From: Candidatus Spongiisociaceae bacterium | GTDB lineage: Bacteria; Actinomycetota; Acidimicrobiia; Spongiisociales; Spongiisociaceae | Assembly: GCA_965243835.1 (NCBI GenBank) | Contig: OZ251578.1 | Coordinates: forward strand, 732,854-796,853 | Reading direction: 5' to 3' | Length of the DNA stretch: 64,000 nt | In this document: positions 21,078-29,123 of the stretch, piece by piece | How positions within the stretch are numbered: position 1 is the first letter of the stretch | Layout: each line of letters begins with the position of its first letter | Notes under the pieces: model-generated | What the model was told of the DNA's origin: nothing | Databases searched by the model: none | The model's input: the letters and a program-made list of their open reading frames with translations, nothing else | Position numbers and translations under genes: made by a program

Positions 21078-21916
21078 TGTCCGCCGGACGCCGCGCCGCC
21101 ATCCGCACCCTGGAATCTTGGGCGCGCCGCGCCGAGGAGGCCGCCGACTACGACCATTTGGTGGAGGTGGAGGACATCAGCCTGTCCTTTAAGGGATTGC
21201 AGGCTTTGAGCGAGGTGGGATTTTACGTGGACCAGGGGGAGTTGTTCGCCATCATCGGGCCCAACGGGGCCGGCAAAACATCTATTTTCAACTGCCTGAA
21301 CGGCGTGTACCGCCCCCAAAAGGGCGATATCCGCTGGGCGGGCGAGTCCCTCATCGGGGTGCGTCCCGACCGGATCGCCCGGCTGGGAATCGCCCGCACC
21401 TTTCAGAACATTGAGCTGTTCGCCCATATGACTGTGCTGGAAAACCTGGGTTTGGGCAGGCATGTGCGCACCAACGTGGGCTGGATCGCGGGCAGCGTGT
21501 GGTGGGGGAAAGCCAAGCGGGAGGAAATGGCCAACCGGGAGTTGGTGGAGGCCATCATCGACCTGTTGGAAATCAAACAGTGGCGCAAATATCCGGTGGC
21601 GTTGCTTCCTTACGGGGTGCAGAAACGGGTGGAGTTGGGACGGGCGCTGGCCATGGAACCGCGCTTGCTTCTGCTGGACGAGCCGGTGGCGGGGATGAAC
21701 CTGGAGGAAACCGAGGACATGGCCCGCTTCATTTTGGATGTGCGGGAGGAGTTGGGCATCAGCATCATCCTGGTGGAGCACGACATGGGACTGGTAATGG
21801 ACATCGCCGACCGGGTGATGGTGCTGGACTTCGGCCGCAAAATAGCCGAAGGCGCCCCCTCCGAAGTACAGACCAACCCCGACGTAATCAAAGCCTACCT
21901 AGGCGAAGCCTCCTAA
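21065..21916 (+). CDS. livG: ABC transporter ATP-binding protein (LivG-like)
   Basis: Walker A GPNGAGKTS, a degenerate signature LPYGVQKRV, Walker B LLLLDEPVAGM. The C-terminal KAYLG is typical of LivG. Confidence 0.85.
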   Translation: MVELMSAGRRAAIRTLESWARRAEEAADYDHLVEVEDISLSFKGLQALSEVGFYVDQGELFAIIGPNGAGKTSIFNCLNGVYRPQKGDIRWAGESLIGVRPDRIARLGIARTFQNIELFAHMTVLENLGLGRHVRTNVGWIAGSVWWGKAKREEMANRELVEAIIDLLEIKQWRKYPVALLPYGVQKRVELGRALAMEPRLLLLDEPVAGMNLEETEDMARFILDVREELGISIILVEHDMGLVMDIADRVMVLDFGRKIAEGAPSEVQTNPDVIKAYLGEAS

Positions 21917-21964
21917 CCATCTACCGGTCTACAGAGGCAAGATTTCAGATTCAAGGGGATGTGA

Positions 21965-22225
21965 TCACCCTCGCATTTCACTGATCAGCGGCGACACCGG
22001 CTCCTTCACCTTGAAACGGCGCGGCGGCAGGTACCTTTTGGTCGTTTTAGGCGGGGTGGAGGTTAACGGCCCATAATCGGCCATTACCGCTTCCATCGTG
22101 AGCAGGCCGTCTGAGGTTCTCTCGCCGGCAACGGACGTTGCCGGGCCGTTTTTGACCTGTTCCGCGTAGCGACGCAACCTGGAGCGCCGTTCCCTCCGAA
22201 ATGCTTTCGATTTGTCTTGCGTCAT
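21965..22225 (-). CDS. hypothetical small basic protein downstream of the Fic gene
   Basis: 86 aa ORF in the same AT-richer block as the Fic gene, 15 nt after its stop. Weak Shine-Dalgarno and no recognisable motif. Confidence 0.35.
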   Translation of the reverse strand: MTQDKSKAFRRERRSRLRRYAEQVKNGPATSVAGERTSDGLLTMEAVMADYGPLTSTPPKTTKRYLPPRRFKVKEPVSPLISEMRG

Positions 22226-22239
22226 TTTCGGAGATTCCT

Positions 22240-23745
22240 TTAGGGAGCGGTAAGCCCGTTTCCTCTTCCTACTACCCGGTGGCTTAACTCCTGCACCGCT
22301 ACCGCCAGCGAATGGTCGAGCCAGTCATACAGTTCGACTGAGCGGTTGTCCACTTCCTCGTCGTGGGAGAAGGTGAAGGCGTCCCACGAGGTTTCCACAA
22401 ATTCTTCGGCGGTGCTGTGGCCTTCGCCCCGCGCCCGCGGCTTGCGATGTTGGATAAGGCCGAAGGAAGTGATAGCCATTACGCCGGTGCGGAGGCTGCC
22501 CACGTGATGAATGGAAACGACCAACTGCATTCGGAAACCGTCGATGTCCACCTGTAGCATCTGCCACCATTTGTCCAATGTCAGATCGGCGTAATATTCG
22601 GCGCGTTGGGCGGTTCGAATAATTTCACGACGCCACTTGTGAGATCGGTCTTTTTGCGCCCCATCGATATCAGTTTTTACTCTTCGTTTTTGTTCTTTGA
22701 AAATTTCCTCCAGGTCGCGGACAGCTCCTTTCAGCCAGTCTTCGATCCGGGCATGCATTTCCTCTGCTCTTATATGAACTGCCACCGCTTTTTGTTCAGA
22801 AAGTTGCCTTTCTTTCAGCTCCCATGACCTCGCAAAAGCCCGGGCGACTTCTTTGGCGGTTTGCGGCTCCGGAGAAGAAACAGGCGCCGGTTCTTGTAGT
22901 TCGTTGCGGATAGATCGCATGGCCAACTTGGTGAACAGTTGACCAAAATGGGTTAGATCTCCATTGTTGGCTATATCCAGAGCCCTTAAATACCGATCCC
23001 GATCGTTTCTGCTGACGACAATAGGCGGATAGTGGTCTCTTTCTAGGGATAGCAACACTAGGACGCGGGCTACGCGGCCGTTCCCGTCTTCAAAAGGATG
23101 GATTTGCACAAACCGGTGGTGCAACCAAGCCGCCGAGACAATGGGATGAACATGATCTATCATGTCGTTATAAAGTTTGACAAGGTGTTCCATCTCCCCA
23201 TCTACTTGTTCAGGAGGCGCAAACTCCAACAGTGAACCGTCGCTACGTATCACATTATTGGGCGTTTTTTTGAAATCGCCATGCCGTAGAGGAGGTTGTA
23301 CTGGATTCCCCAGCGTATCGGTGGCATCATAGGTTTGCTGGGTTTGGGTGATAAGTTGATGCAGTTCTTTAATGAAAAAGGGAGACAGGGCTCGGTCTTT
23401 TTTTACGAAGTCGATTGCTAATTCCAGTCCTTGCATTTGCGCTCGCAGGGTGGATAAAACTCCGTCCGGAACGTCTCCTCCCGCTCGGAAAACCGTTTCC
23501 TTGGTTAAACCTTCCACTACTAAAGCCCTGGTTAAACCCCAATCGAGGTCGTACAACCTTTCCAGAATTCCGGTTTCAATGGCTTGCTTGCGGAGGGTGC
23601 GCCGGCGCAACTCCCTTTTGTCGGCCTCGTCCAAAACGGCGGTGAAATCACGCCATTGGCGGTGCAGGGCTTCGGCCGCGGCCAAATCGCCGCGTAGCTT
23701 TTCCTCCACCGCGGGGTCAAGCGGCTGAATGGGACGCCAGCTCAT
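22240..23745 (-). CDS. Fic/DOC-family protein with ~200 aa C-terminal extension of unknown function
   Basis: Canonical Fic motif IHPFEDGNGRVARVL (HxFx[D/E]GNGRxxR) in mid-protein. The C-terminal region shows no family I recognise. Confidence 0.85.
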   Translation of the reverse strand: MSWRPIQPLDPAVEEKLRGDLAAAEALHRQWRDFTAVLDEADKRELRRRTLRKQAIETGILERLYDLDWGLTRALVVEGLTKETVFRAGGDVPDGVLSTLRAQMQGLELAIDFVKKDRALSPFFIKELHQLITQTQQTYDATDTLGNPVQPPLRHGDFKKTPNNVIRSDGSLLEFAPPEQVDGEMEHLVKLYNDMIDHVHPIVSAAWLHHRFVQIHPFEDGNGRVARVLVLLSLERDHYPPIVVSRNDRDRYLRALDIANNGDLTHFGQLFTKLAMRSIRNELQEPAPVSSPEPQTAKEVARAFARSWELKERQLSEQKAVAVHIRAEEMHARIEDWLKGAVRDLEEIFKEQKRRVKTDIDGAQKDRSHKWRREIIRTAQRAEYYADLTLDKWWQMLQVDIDGFRMQLVVSIHHVGSLRTGVMAITSFGLIQHRKPRARGEGHSTAEEFVETSWDAFTFSHDEEVDNRSVELYDWLDHSLAVAVQELSHRVVGRGNGLTAP

Positions 23746-23769
23746 AATTTAATATGCTGTTGGGCCGGG

Positions 23770-24612
23770 TTAGGGGGACACCAAGGATTGGTAGGCGTCG
23801 GGGCGGCGGTCCCGGTAGAAGGCCCACACTTTGCGCACTTCGTCGATCATGTCCATGTCCAGGTCCCGTACCAGCACCTCCTCGTCGACATCGGAGGCGG
23901 GGTCGCCCACCAGTTGCCCGCGCGGGTCTACGAAATAGGACGAACCGTAGAAGTCATTATCACCGTACGGTTCGGAGCCGACTCGGTTGATGGCCCCGAT
24001 GAAGTACTCGTTGGCTACCGCCGAGGCGGGTTGCTCCAGGTTCCACAAGTACATCGACAAGCCCCGGCTGGTGGCCGACGGGTTGAACACCAGTTTCGCC
24101 CCCGCCAGACCCAGGGCCCGCCACCCCTCCGGGAAATGCCGGTCGTAGCAGATGTACACCCCCACCCGTCCCACCGCCGTGTCGAACACCGGATAGCCCA
24201 GGTTGCCGGGACGGAAGTAAAACTTCTCCCAGAACCCGGGTAGATGCGGAATGTGGGTCTTGCGGTATTTGCCCAGATAAGTCCCGTCGGCGTCGATCAC
24301 CGCCGCCGTGTTGTACAGAAACCCGTCGTCCTCCTTCTCGTATACGGGGACCACCAGCACCATCTCCGTCTCCCGGGCGGTTTGGAGCATGCGTTGCACG
24401 GTGGGTCCCTCCGGTACCCGCTCCGCGGCGTCCTTGTGGACATCGTCCTGCACCTGGCAGAAGTAGGGGCCGTTGCACAGCTCCTGGAAGCACAGCACCC
24501 GGGCCCCCCGCTCGGCCGCCTGCCGGGCGTAGCCGACGCTCTTTTCCACCATGGACTCGAGGTCCCCGGTCCACGCCGTCTGGACGATGGCCGCCCGAAT
24601 GATGTTAGCCAT
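23770..24612 (-). CDS. carbon-nitrogen hydrolase (nitrilase superfamily; beta-ureidopropionase / N-carbamoyl-amidohydrolase-like)
   Basis: Catalytic contexts CFQELC (Glu), YRKTHIP (Lys) and GVYICYDRHFPE (Cys). 280 aa. Confidence 0.85.
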   Translation of the reverse strand: MANIIRAAIVQTAWTGDLESMVEKSVGYARQAAERGARVLCFQELCNGPYFCQVQDDVHKDAAERVPEGPTVQRMLQTARETEMVLVVPVYEKEDDGFLYNTAAVIDADGTYLGKYRKTHIPHLPGFWEKFYFRPGNLGYPVFDTAVGRVGVYICYDRHFPEGWRALGLAGAKLVFNPSATSRGLSMYLWNLEQPASAVANEYFIGAINRVGSEPYGDNDFYGSSYFVDPRGQLVGDPASDVDEEVLVRDLDMDMIDEVRKVWAFYRDRRPDAYQSLVSP

Positions 24613-24623
24613 TATCTTCCTCC
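24575..24623. repeat. direct repeat copy A (hydrolase RBS plus first 12 codons)
   Basis: gccgtctggacgatggccgcccgAatgatgttAgCcatt..cttcctcc aligns with 26287-26336. The first 23 nt are identical; beyond that I count 3 substitutions and one 2/3 nt difference by eye. Confidence 0.85.
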
Positions 24624-24934
24624 GTTTTTTCCTGCATAGTATCTTTTATTTGCAACGAAACAATATTGGATACGGGGGTCATAATATTCCCGGTGAGTAG
24701 TAGCCACTGATAGATACCCTCTACCCCTTCCCATGCCGACAGCACCTTCCTTAGTCCGCTAGGATCGAGACTAATCTGTTGGTGAGACTTGCCGTCTCTC
24801 ACGATGGGATCTCTAAGAGAAGCGAGCGCCGTCAACGGATCTTTCCGTATCCTCTCCCTTAGGTCTCTACTGTCAGAAAGGGACATCGTTTTTAGTATGT
24901 CGGCTTGCCTGTCAATCAGGTTATCTTCTGTCAT
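24605..24934 (-). CDS. hypothetical protein (cassette gene 2)
   Basis: 109 aa ORF with a strong GAGGAG Shine-Dalgarno 6-7 nt upstream, in an AT-richer region. Its last codons run into direct repeat A. No motif recognised. Confidence 0.5.
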   Translation of the reverse strand: MTEDNLIDRQADILKTMSLSDSRDLRERIRKDPLTALASLRDPIVRDGKSHQQISLDPSGLRKVLSAWEGVEGIYQWLLLTGNIMTPVSNIVSLQIKDTMQEKTEEDNG

Positions 24935-24960
24935 ACTTTGTTCTCCTCTTAAGTGTTAAG

Positions 24961-26262
24961 CTAATGGTTTCGGGCAGATAGATGTTGTGTACCTTCCTTT
25001 ACTTCTATTGTCCGACCGGGAAAGATCTCATGCAATCTTGCTAAAGGAAGGATCGGTATTCCCATTTCGCGGGCTTTGGAGGCTTTTCCCGATTCGGACT
25101 GCGCGTCCAACGCTAAAACGAGTCGCGTATACTTTTTGGCCAAGCCGCCAGTGATTAAGCCGCGGTCTGCCAACTTTTTACCTATCTCGGTTCTTGTCAG
25201 GGTGGGGTGTTGGCCGGTGAGGGTAATACGATCTCCCTCCGTCAAGATGACCGTCTCCGGCAATTCTGTTGTTTCTTCGTAACCCCGGGTGCGTCGATTA
25301 ACCGTAGACTCTTCAGATACAGCACCAACTTCGGTGATCAGATTATCGATATATTTCCGTTCGGTTGCCGTAACTACCCCATCAGATAATGCTTTGTCTA
25401 CTTCTCGGTTGATAAATTCTCGTTCCGCCGCTTTCTGGGTTTGCTCACACCAACCCAGAGATTTTGCTAGCTCGTCCAGCTCGGCACGTTCCTCTTTGGT
25501 TAGCACCTCGTCTTCCAACGCTTCCTGTAGCAAGTCGAAATAAGACTCGGTGATGCTCGATTCCTCGATTTGCGGGAACTTATTCCCATCGCGTAATAGA
25601 ACTCTGCCCGAGACTGGAGCGGATACGGTGACGGTGGCGGGTCGGGCGAAAATCCGATCCGAGAGGATCGCGTCCTCGCAAAGGGAGAACAGGCCAGCCG
25701 TTGCCTCGGCGTCCCCCATTGCCGAATGCCAGCGGGAAGTGCGCACTCCGGCCGATTGGCAAACGTCTGATAGTTTCCCGGGCCACATTGACGAAGTATC
25801 GAACCAGGAGCCCTCCGCGAATAGATGGCCGCCTATTCGTCCAAATTCGTTTTTAAGCATACGTAAGTCGAAGAGAATGTTGTGTCCTACTAGTAATCGC
25901 CCGTTCAGTCGATCCCGAATGTCCCCTGCTATTTCCAAGAAGCGAGGGGCTTGTTGAACCATTGTGGCGGAGATGCCATGTATGTGTTGCACCTCCAGCG
26001 ATATATCCCGCTCAGGTTGCACCATGGTTTGCCACCGGTCGGTTATTTGGCAGGTTGCGTTTATTTGAAGGATTGCTATCTCCACCACCCGGTCCTTATT
26101 GTAGACCCCGGTGGTTTCCACATCAACCACGGCATATTCGGCTCCTATAGTGTCCGACCATTTCCGCCATAATGAGGTCCCGTCAGATTTTGGAGCAGGA
26201 ACGCCCTGCGCAGGGTTCAACGCGGACCGGCGGGTTGCGCGACGCCTCCCGTATTTCAACAT
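24961..26262 (-). CDS. DEDDh 3'-5' exonuclease (DnaQ/epsilon-like) with helical middle region and C-terminal BRCT-like domain
   Basis: ExoI VVDVETTG, ExoII LVGHNILFDLRML, ExoIII HSAMGDAEATAGLF. The C-terminus GDRITLTGQHPTLTRTEIGKKLADRGLITGGLAKKYTRLVLA...KASKAREMGIPIL is BRCT-like. The middle LTKEERAELDELAKSLG repeats are TerB-like (inference). Confidence 0.8.
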   Translation of the reverse strand: MLKYGRRRATRRSALNPAQGVPAPKSDGTSLWRKWSDTIGAEYAVVDVETTGVYNKDRVVEIAILQINATCQITDRWQTMVQPERDISLEVQHIHGISATMVQQAPRFLEIAGDIRDRLNGRLLVGHNILFDLRMLKNEFGRIGGHLFAEGSWFDTSSMWPGKLSDVCQSAGVRTSRWHSAMGDAEATAGLFSLCEDAILSDRIFARPATVTVSAPVSGRVLLRDGNKFPQIEESSITESYFDLLQEALEDEVLTKEERAELDELAKSLGWCEQTQKAAEREFINREVDKALSDGVVTATERKYIDNLITEVGAVSEESTVNRRTRGYEETTELPETVILTEGDRITLTGQHPTLTRTEIGKKLADRGLITGGLAKKYTRLVLALDAQSESGKASKAREMGIPILPLARLHEIFPGRTIEVKEGTQHLSARNH

Positions 26263-26324
26263 GGCGCCTCCCAGGAGGAAGAAACGGCCGTCTGGACGAT
26301 GGCCGCCCGGATGATGTTCGACAT
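26256..26324 (-). pseudogene. remnant 5' end of the carbon-nitrogen hydrolase gene (22-codon ORF MSNIIRAAIVQTAVSSSWEAPC)
   Basis: MSNIIRAAIVQT matches MANIIRAAIVQT at the start of 23770..24612. The ORF's TGA lies 4 nt after the exonuclease ATG (CCATGTTGA). Confidence 0.7.
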
Positions 26325-26336
26325 TGGTCTTCCTCC
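26287..26336. repeat. direct repeat copy B
   Basis: Partner of 24575-24623, offset by 1712 bp. It sits immediately after the stop of the upstream substrate-binding-protein gene. Confidence 0.85.
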
Positions 26337-26361
26337 TGGTTGGCCGGGCCCGCCGGCGGGT

Positions 26362-27492
26362 TTATTCGCCGCCGGGGTTGAGGGCGACGGTGGTGCGGCT
26401 CCAGTTGGAGCCGACCGTGTCCAATCCTTCCCCGTTGAGGGCGTTGACTGCGTCTTGGGCGAAGTCGGTGCGGTAGGCCCCCGAGCCCGGAGCGGACTCG
26501 ATCACTCCCTGGCTGGTGGCCACGTTCACCGTCTGCGCCCACAGGTCGGAGTTCATAACCCCGATCCCGCCCGGGGAGGGCCAGATCAGACCGTTTATTT
26601 CGTTCATCTGCCAGGTCTGATGGCTGCGCCCCAGAGTGGGCCCGGCGTCGAGAACGATGTCCACGCACGAATCCGGGTTGTCCCGGCAGTAGATCCAACC
26701 CCGGAAACTGGCCCGCAGGAAAGCCCCTACGGTGTCCGGGTTATTCCTCGCGTAATCCTCGGTCACCCAGATGGCGTCCTGCAACATGGCGGTGGCGATG
26801 TCGGGATCGTTGAAGTCGATCACGTTCAGGTCCTCCGGTTGGTAGAGCTGACCCGTGTCCGGGTTGGTAGCCTCCAGCACCTGGGCGTACTCGTTGTAGA
26901 TCATCGCCTCCGCGGCGTCGATCTCCCGGTTGAGCAGGGCCTCCATGTCGAAGCTCTGACCGACCAGTTCCACATCCGGCACATTGAATTTTTCGATGGC
27001 GGCGGTCAACTCGAACTCGTTGCCGAACCCCCAGTTGCCGACCGTGCGGCCCGCCCAATCGGCGGGGGAGGTGATGCCCGAGTCGGCCCAGGACACCATC
27101 AACGTGCCCGACCGTTGGAACACCTGTCCCACATTGACCAGCCCGGCCCCTTCCTGGTTGGAGACCAACGCCTTGGGAACCCAGGCCAGACCGAACTGGG
27201 CCCCGCCGGTGGCCACCACCTGCTGGGGAACGATTTCCACCGCCCCCTCCAGGATGGTCACGTCCAAGCCCTCGTCGGCGTAAAACCCTTGGTCGACGGC
27301 GGCGTAGTAACCGGCGAACTGCGCTTGGGCCACCCACTGCAACTGCAGGTTGACGGGGGTCATGGGCATAACCGTGGTGGTGGTCGCCGCGGTGGTGGCT
27401 GGCGTTTCCTCATTTCCTCCGCAGGCGGAGGCCAGCAAAGCAAAAGCGGTTGCCGCCGCTCCCAACCGGGCAAAAGTTTTTCCGTGCGACAT
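26362..27492 (-). CDS. ABC transporter substrate-binding lipoprotein (NMT1/THI5-SsuA-like)
   Basis: Lipobox LLASAC and LQLQWVAQAQFAGYYAAVDQGFYADEGLDV, typical of NMT1/SsuA-like binding proteins. ATG at 27492 is preceded by AAGGAGGA. Confidence 0.8.
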   Translation of the reverse strand: MSHGKTFARLGAAATAFALLASACGGNEETPATTAATTTTVMPMTPVNLQLQWVAQAQFAGYYAAVDQGFYADEGLDVTILEGAVEIVPQQVVATGGAQFGLAWVPKALVSNQEGAGLVNVGQVFQRSGTLMVSWADSGITSPADWAGRTVGNWGFGNEFELTAAIEKFNVPDVELVGQSFDMEALLNREIDAAEAMIYNEYAQVLEATNPDTGQLYQPEDLNVIDFNDPDIATAMLQDAIWVTEDYARNNPDTVGAFLRASFRGWIYCRDNPDSCVDIVLDAGPTLGRSHQTWQMNEINGLIWPSPGGIGVMNSDLWAQTVNVATSQGVIESAPGSGAYRTDFAQDAVNALNGEGLDTVGSNWSRTTVALNPGGE

Positions 27493-27582
27493 GGAACTTT
27501 CCTCCTTCAATCCGTCCCCCTCTGATGGCGCAAGTATAGCCGGTGCGCGCGTCGGGGTAGCCGGAAACGGAGAATTGAATTT

Positions 27583-28353
27583 TTAGGAAACGCGCACGGA
27601 CACATGCCAGGGAATGGCCCGGCGCTCCGCCCACGAAACCAGCAGATACAGCAGTATCCCGAAGGCGGAAGCCAGCACGATGGCCGCCCAAGCCTCATCG
27701 AATTGGAACAGGCCCGCCTTGGTGGTGATGTACTGGCCGAGCCGGGCTTGGGGGCCGCCGAAAAATTCTTTGACGATGGCCCCGATCAAGCTGAGGGCGG
27801 TGGCCACCTTCAGGGCCGAAAACAGATAGGGCCCGGAGGTGGGAACCCGCAGTTTCCACAGCACCGTCCGGCGGCGGGCGGCGTAGGAGTCCATCAGCTC
27901 CAACTCCCGGGCCGCGGCCGACAGCAAACCCCGCACCATGTTGATCATCACCGGGAAGAACACCAGGACGGCCACTACGAAAATACCCCCCGCCGGGCTG
28001 AGAATTCCGAACCAGGCGTTGGCGATGGGGGCCAGCACGATGATGGGGGTGGAGTTGGCGGCGATGGCGAACGGCACCGCCCCCTCCCGCACCAGGGGCC
28101 AGCGGGCGGCGGCCAGGGAAACCAGCACGGCCGCCCCCGTCCCCAGCGCCAAGCCGGCCACGGCCGTGGAAAAAGTGCCCCATCCGGCGGCGAACAGTTC
28201 GGCCCCTTCCGCTCCGAAGGCGGCCACGATGGCGGTGGGGGCGGGCAGGATGAAACCTTCTATGTTCCAGATGCGCACCATCGCCTCCCAAGCCGCCAGC
28301 CCTCCCGCGAACAGGGCGATGGCCGGAGCCGCGGACCGCAACCGTTCCCTCAT
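27583..28353 (-). CDS. ABC transporter permease (NitT/TauT family)
   Basis: 256 aa multi-TM protein within the operon. Its start overlaps the stop of the ATPase gene. Confidence 0.8.
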   Translation of the reverse strand: MRERLRSAAPAIALFAGGLAAWEAMVRIWNIEGFILPAPTAIVAAFGAEGAELFAAGWGTFSTAVAGLALGTGAAVLVSLAAARWPLVREGAVPFAIAANSTPIIVLAPIANAWFGILSPAGGIFVVAVLVFFPVMINMVRGLLSAAARELELMDSYAARRRTVLWKLRVPTSGPYLFSALKVATALSLIGAIVKEFFGGPQARLGQYITTKAGLFQFDEAWAAIVLASAFGILLYLLVSWAERRAIPWHVSVRVS

Positions 28354-29123
28354 ACCGCCTCCACCGCCCGCAGGCCCTCCCGCACCTCGGTCAACAGCCG
28401 GTAGAAACGTTGCTCCTCGCGGGTTTTAGAGGTGCGGGGCTGGGGCAGGTCGATGTCCGTTACCCGGGTGATGCGGCCCGGGCGGGGGGACATGATGACG
28501 GCGCGGGTGGACAAAAAAACCGCCTCCGGGATGGAATGGGTGACGAAAATCACCGTGGTGCGCGTCTCCGACCAGATGCGCAACAACTCGGCCTGCATGC
28601 GCTCCCTGGTCATCTCGTCCAGCGCCCCGAACGGCTCGTCCATCAGCAACAAGGACGGTTCAAAGGCCAAGGCCCGGGCGATGGACACCCGTTGCTGCAT
28701 CCCCCCCGACAACTGCCGCGGATAATGGTCGGCGAACTCCTCCAAACCGACCAGTTCCAGCATGGCGTCCGCCCTTTCCCGGCGGCGCTCCCCGTCCATG
28801 GCCATAATCTCCAACGGCAGTTCCACGTTGGCCCTGATTTTCCGCCACTCCAGCAGGGTGGCCGACTGGAAAACCATTCCGTAATCGCGGTCCCGGCGGG
28901 CCTGCGCGGGGGGCTTGCCGTTTACGATCACTTCCCCGCCGGTGGGGGAAAGCAGATCCCCGATCAGGCGCAACAGGGTGGACTTGCCGCACCCGGAGGG
29001 GCCGATCAGCGAAATGAACTCCCCCTCTTCCACTTGCAGGTCGATGCCGGTCAAGGCGGACACCTCCCGGTCGGAGCCGGGATTGAACACCATGTCCACC
29101 CCCCGCAGTTGCAAAGCGGTCAT
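28350..29123 (-). CDS. ABC transporter ATP-binding protein (NitT/TauT family)
   Basis: Walker A GPSGCGKST, signature LSGGMQQRV, Walker B LLLMDEPFGALD. ATG at 29123 overlaps the stop of the upstream permease (ATGA). Confidence 0.9.
   Translation of the reverse strand: MTALQLRGVDMVFNPGSDREVSALTGIDLQVEEGEFISLIGPSGCGKSTLLRLIGDLLSPTGGEVIVNGKPPAQARRDRDYGMVFQSATLLEWRKIRANVELPLEIMAMDGERRRERADAMLELVGLEEFADHYPRQLSGGMQQRVSIARALAFEPSLLLMDEPFGALDEMTRERMQAELLRIWSETRTTVIFVTHSIPEAVFLSTRAVIMSPRPGRITRVTDIDLPQPRTSKTREEQRFYRLLTEVREGLRAVEAV

Noticed and set aside
9381-26336. tRNA genes or integrase genes marking the AT-rich inserts (R-M pair, Fic block, exonuclease cassette) as classical genomic islands
   Set aside because: Reading the flanks, I found no tRNA-like sequence (no GGTTCGAATCC-type T-arm) and no tyrosine or serine recombinase ORF. 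The inserts are described only as compositionally atypical blocks.
26299-27525. 408 aa plus-strand ORF starting in direct repeat B
   Set aside because: It is antisense to the NMT1/SsuA-like substrate-binding gene, which has a lipobox and family motifs. Its composition is artefactual.
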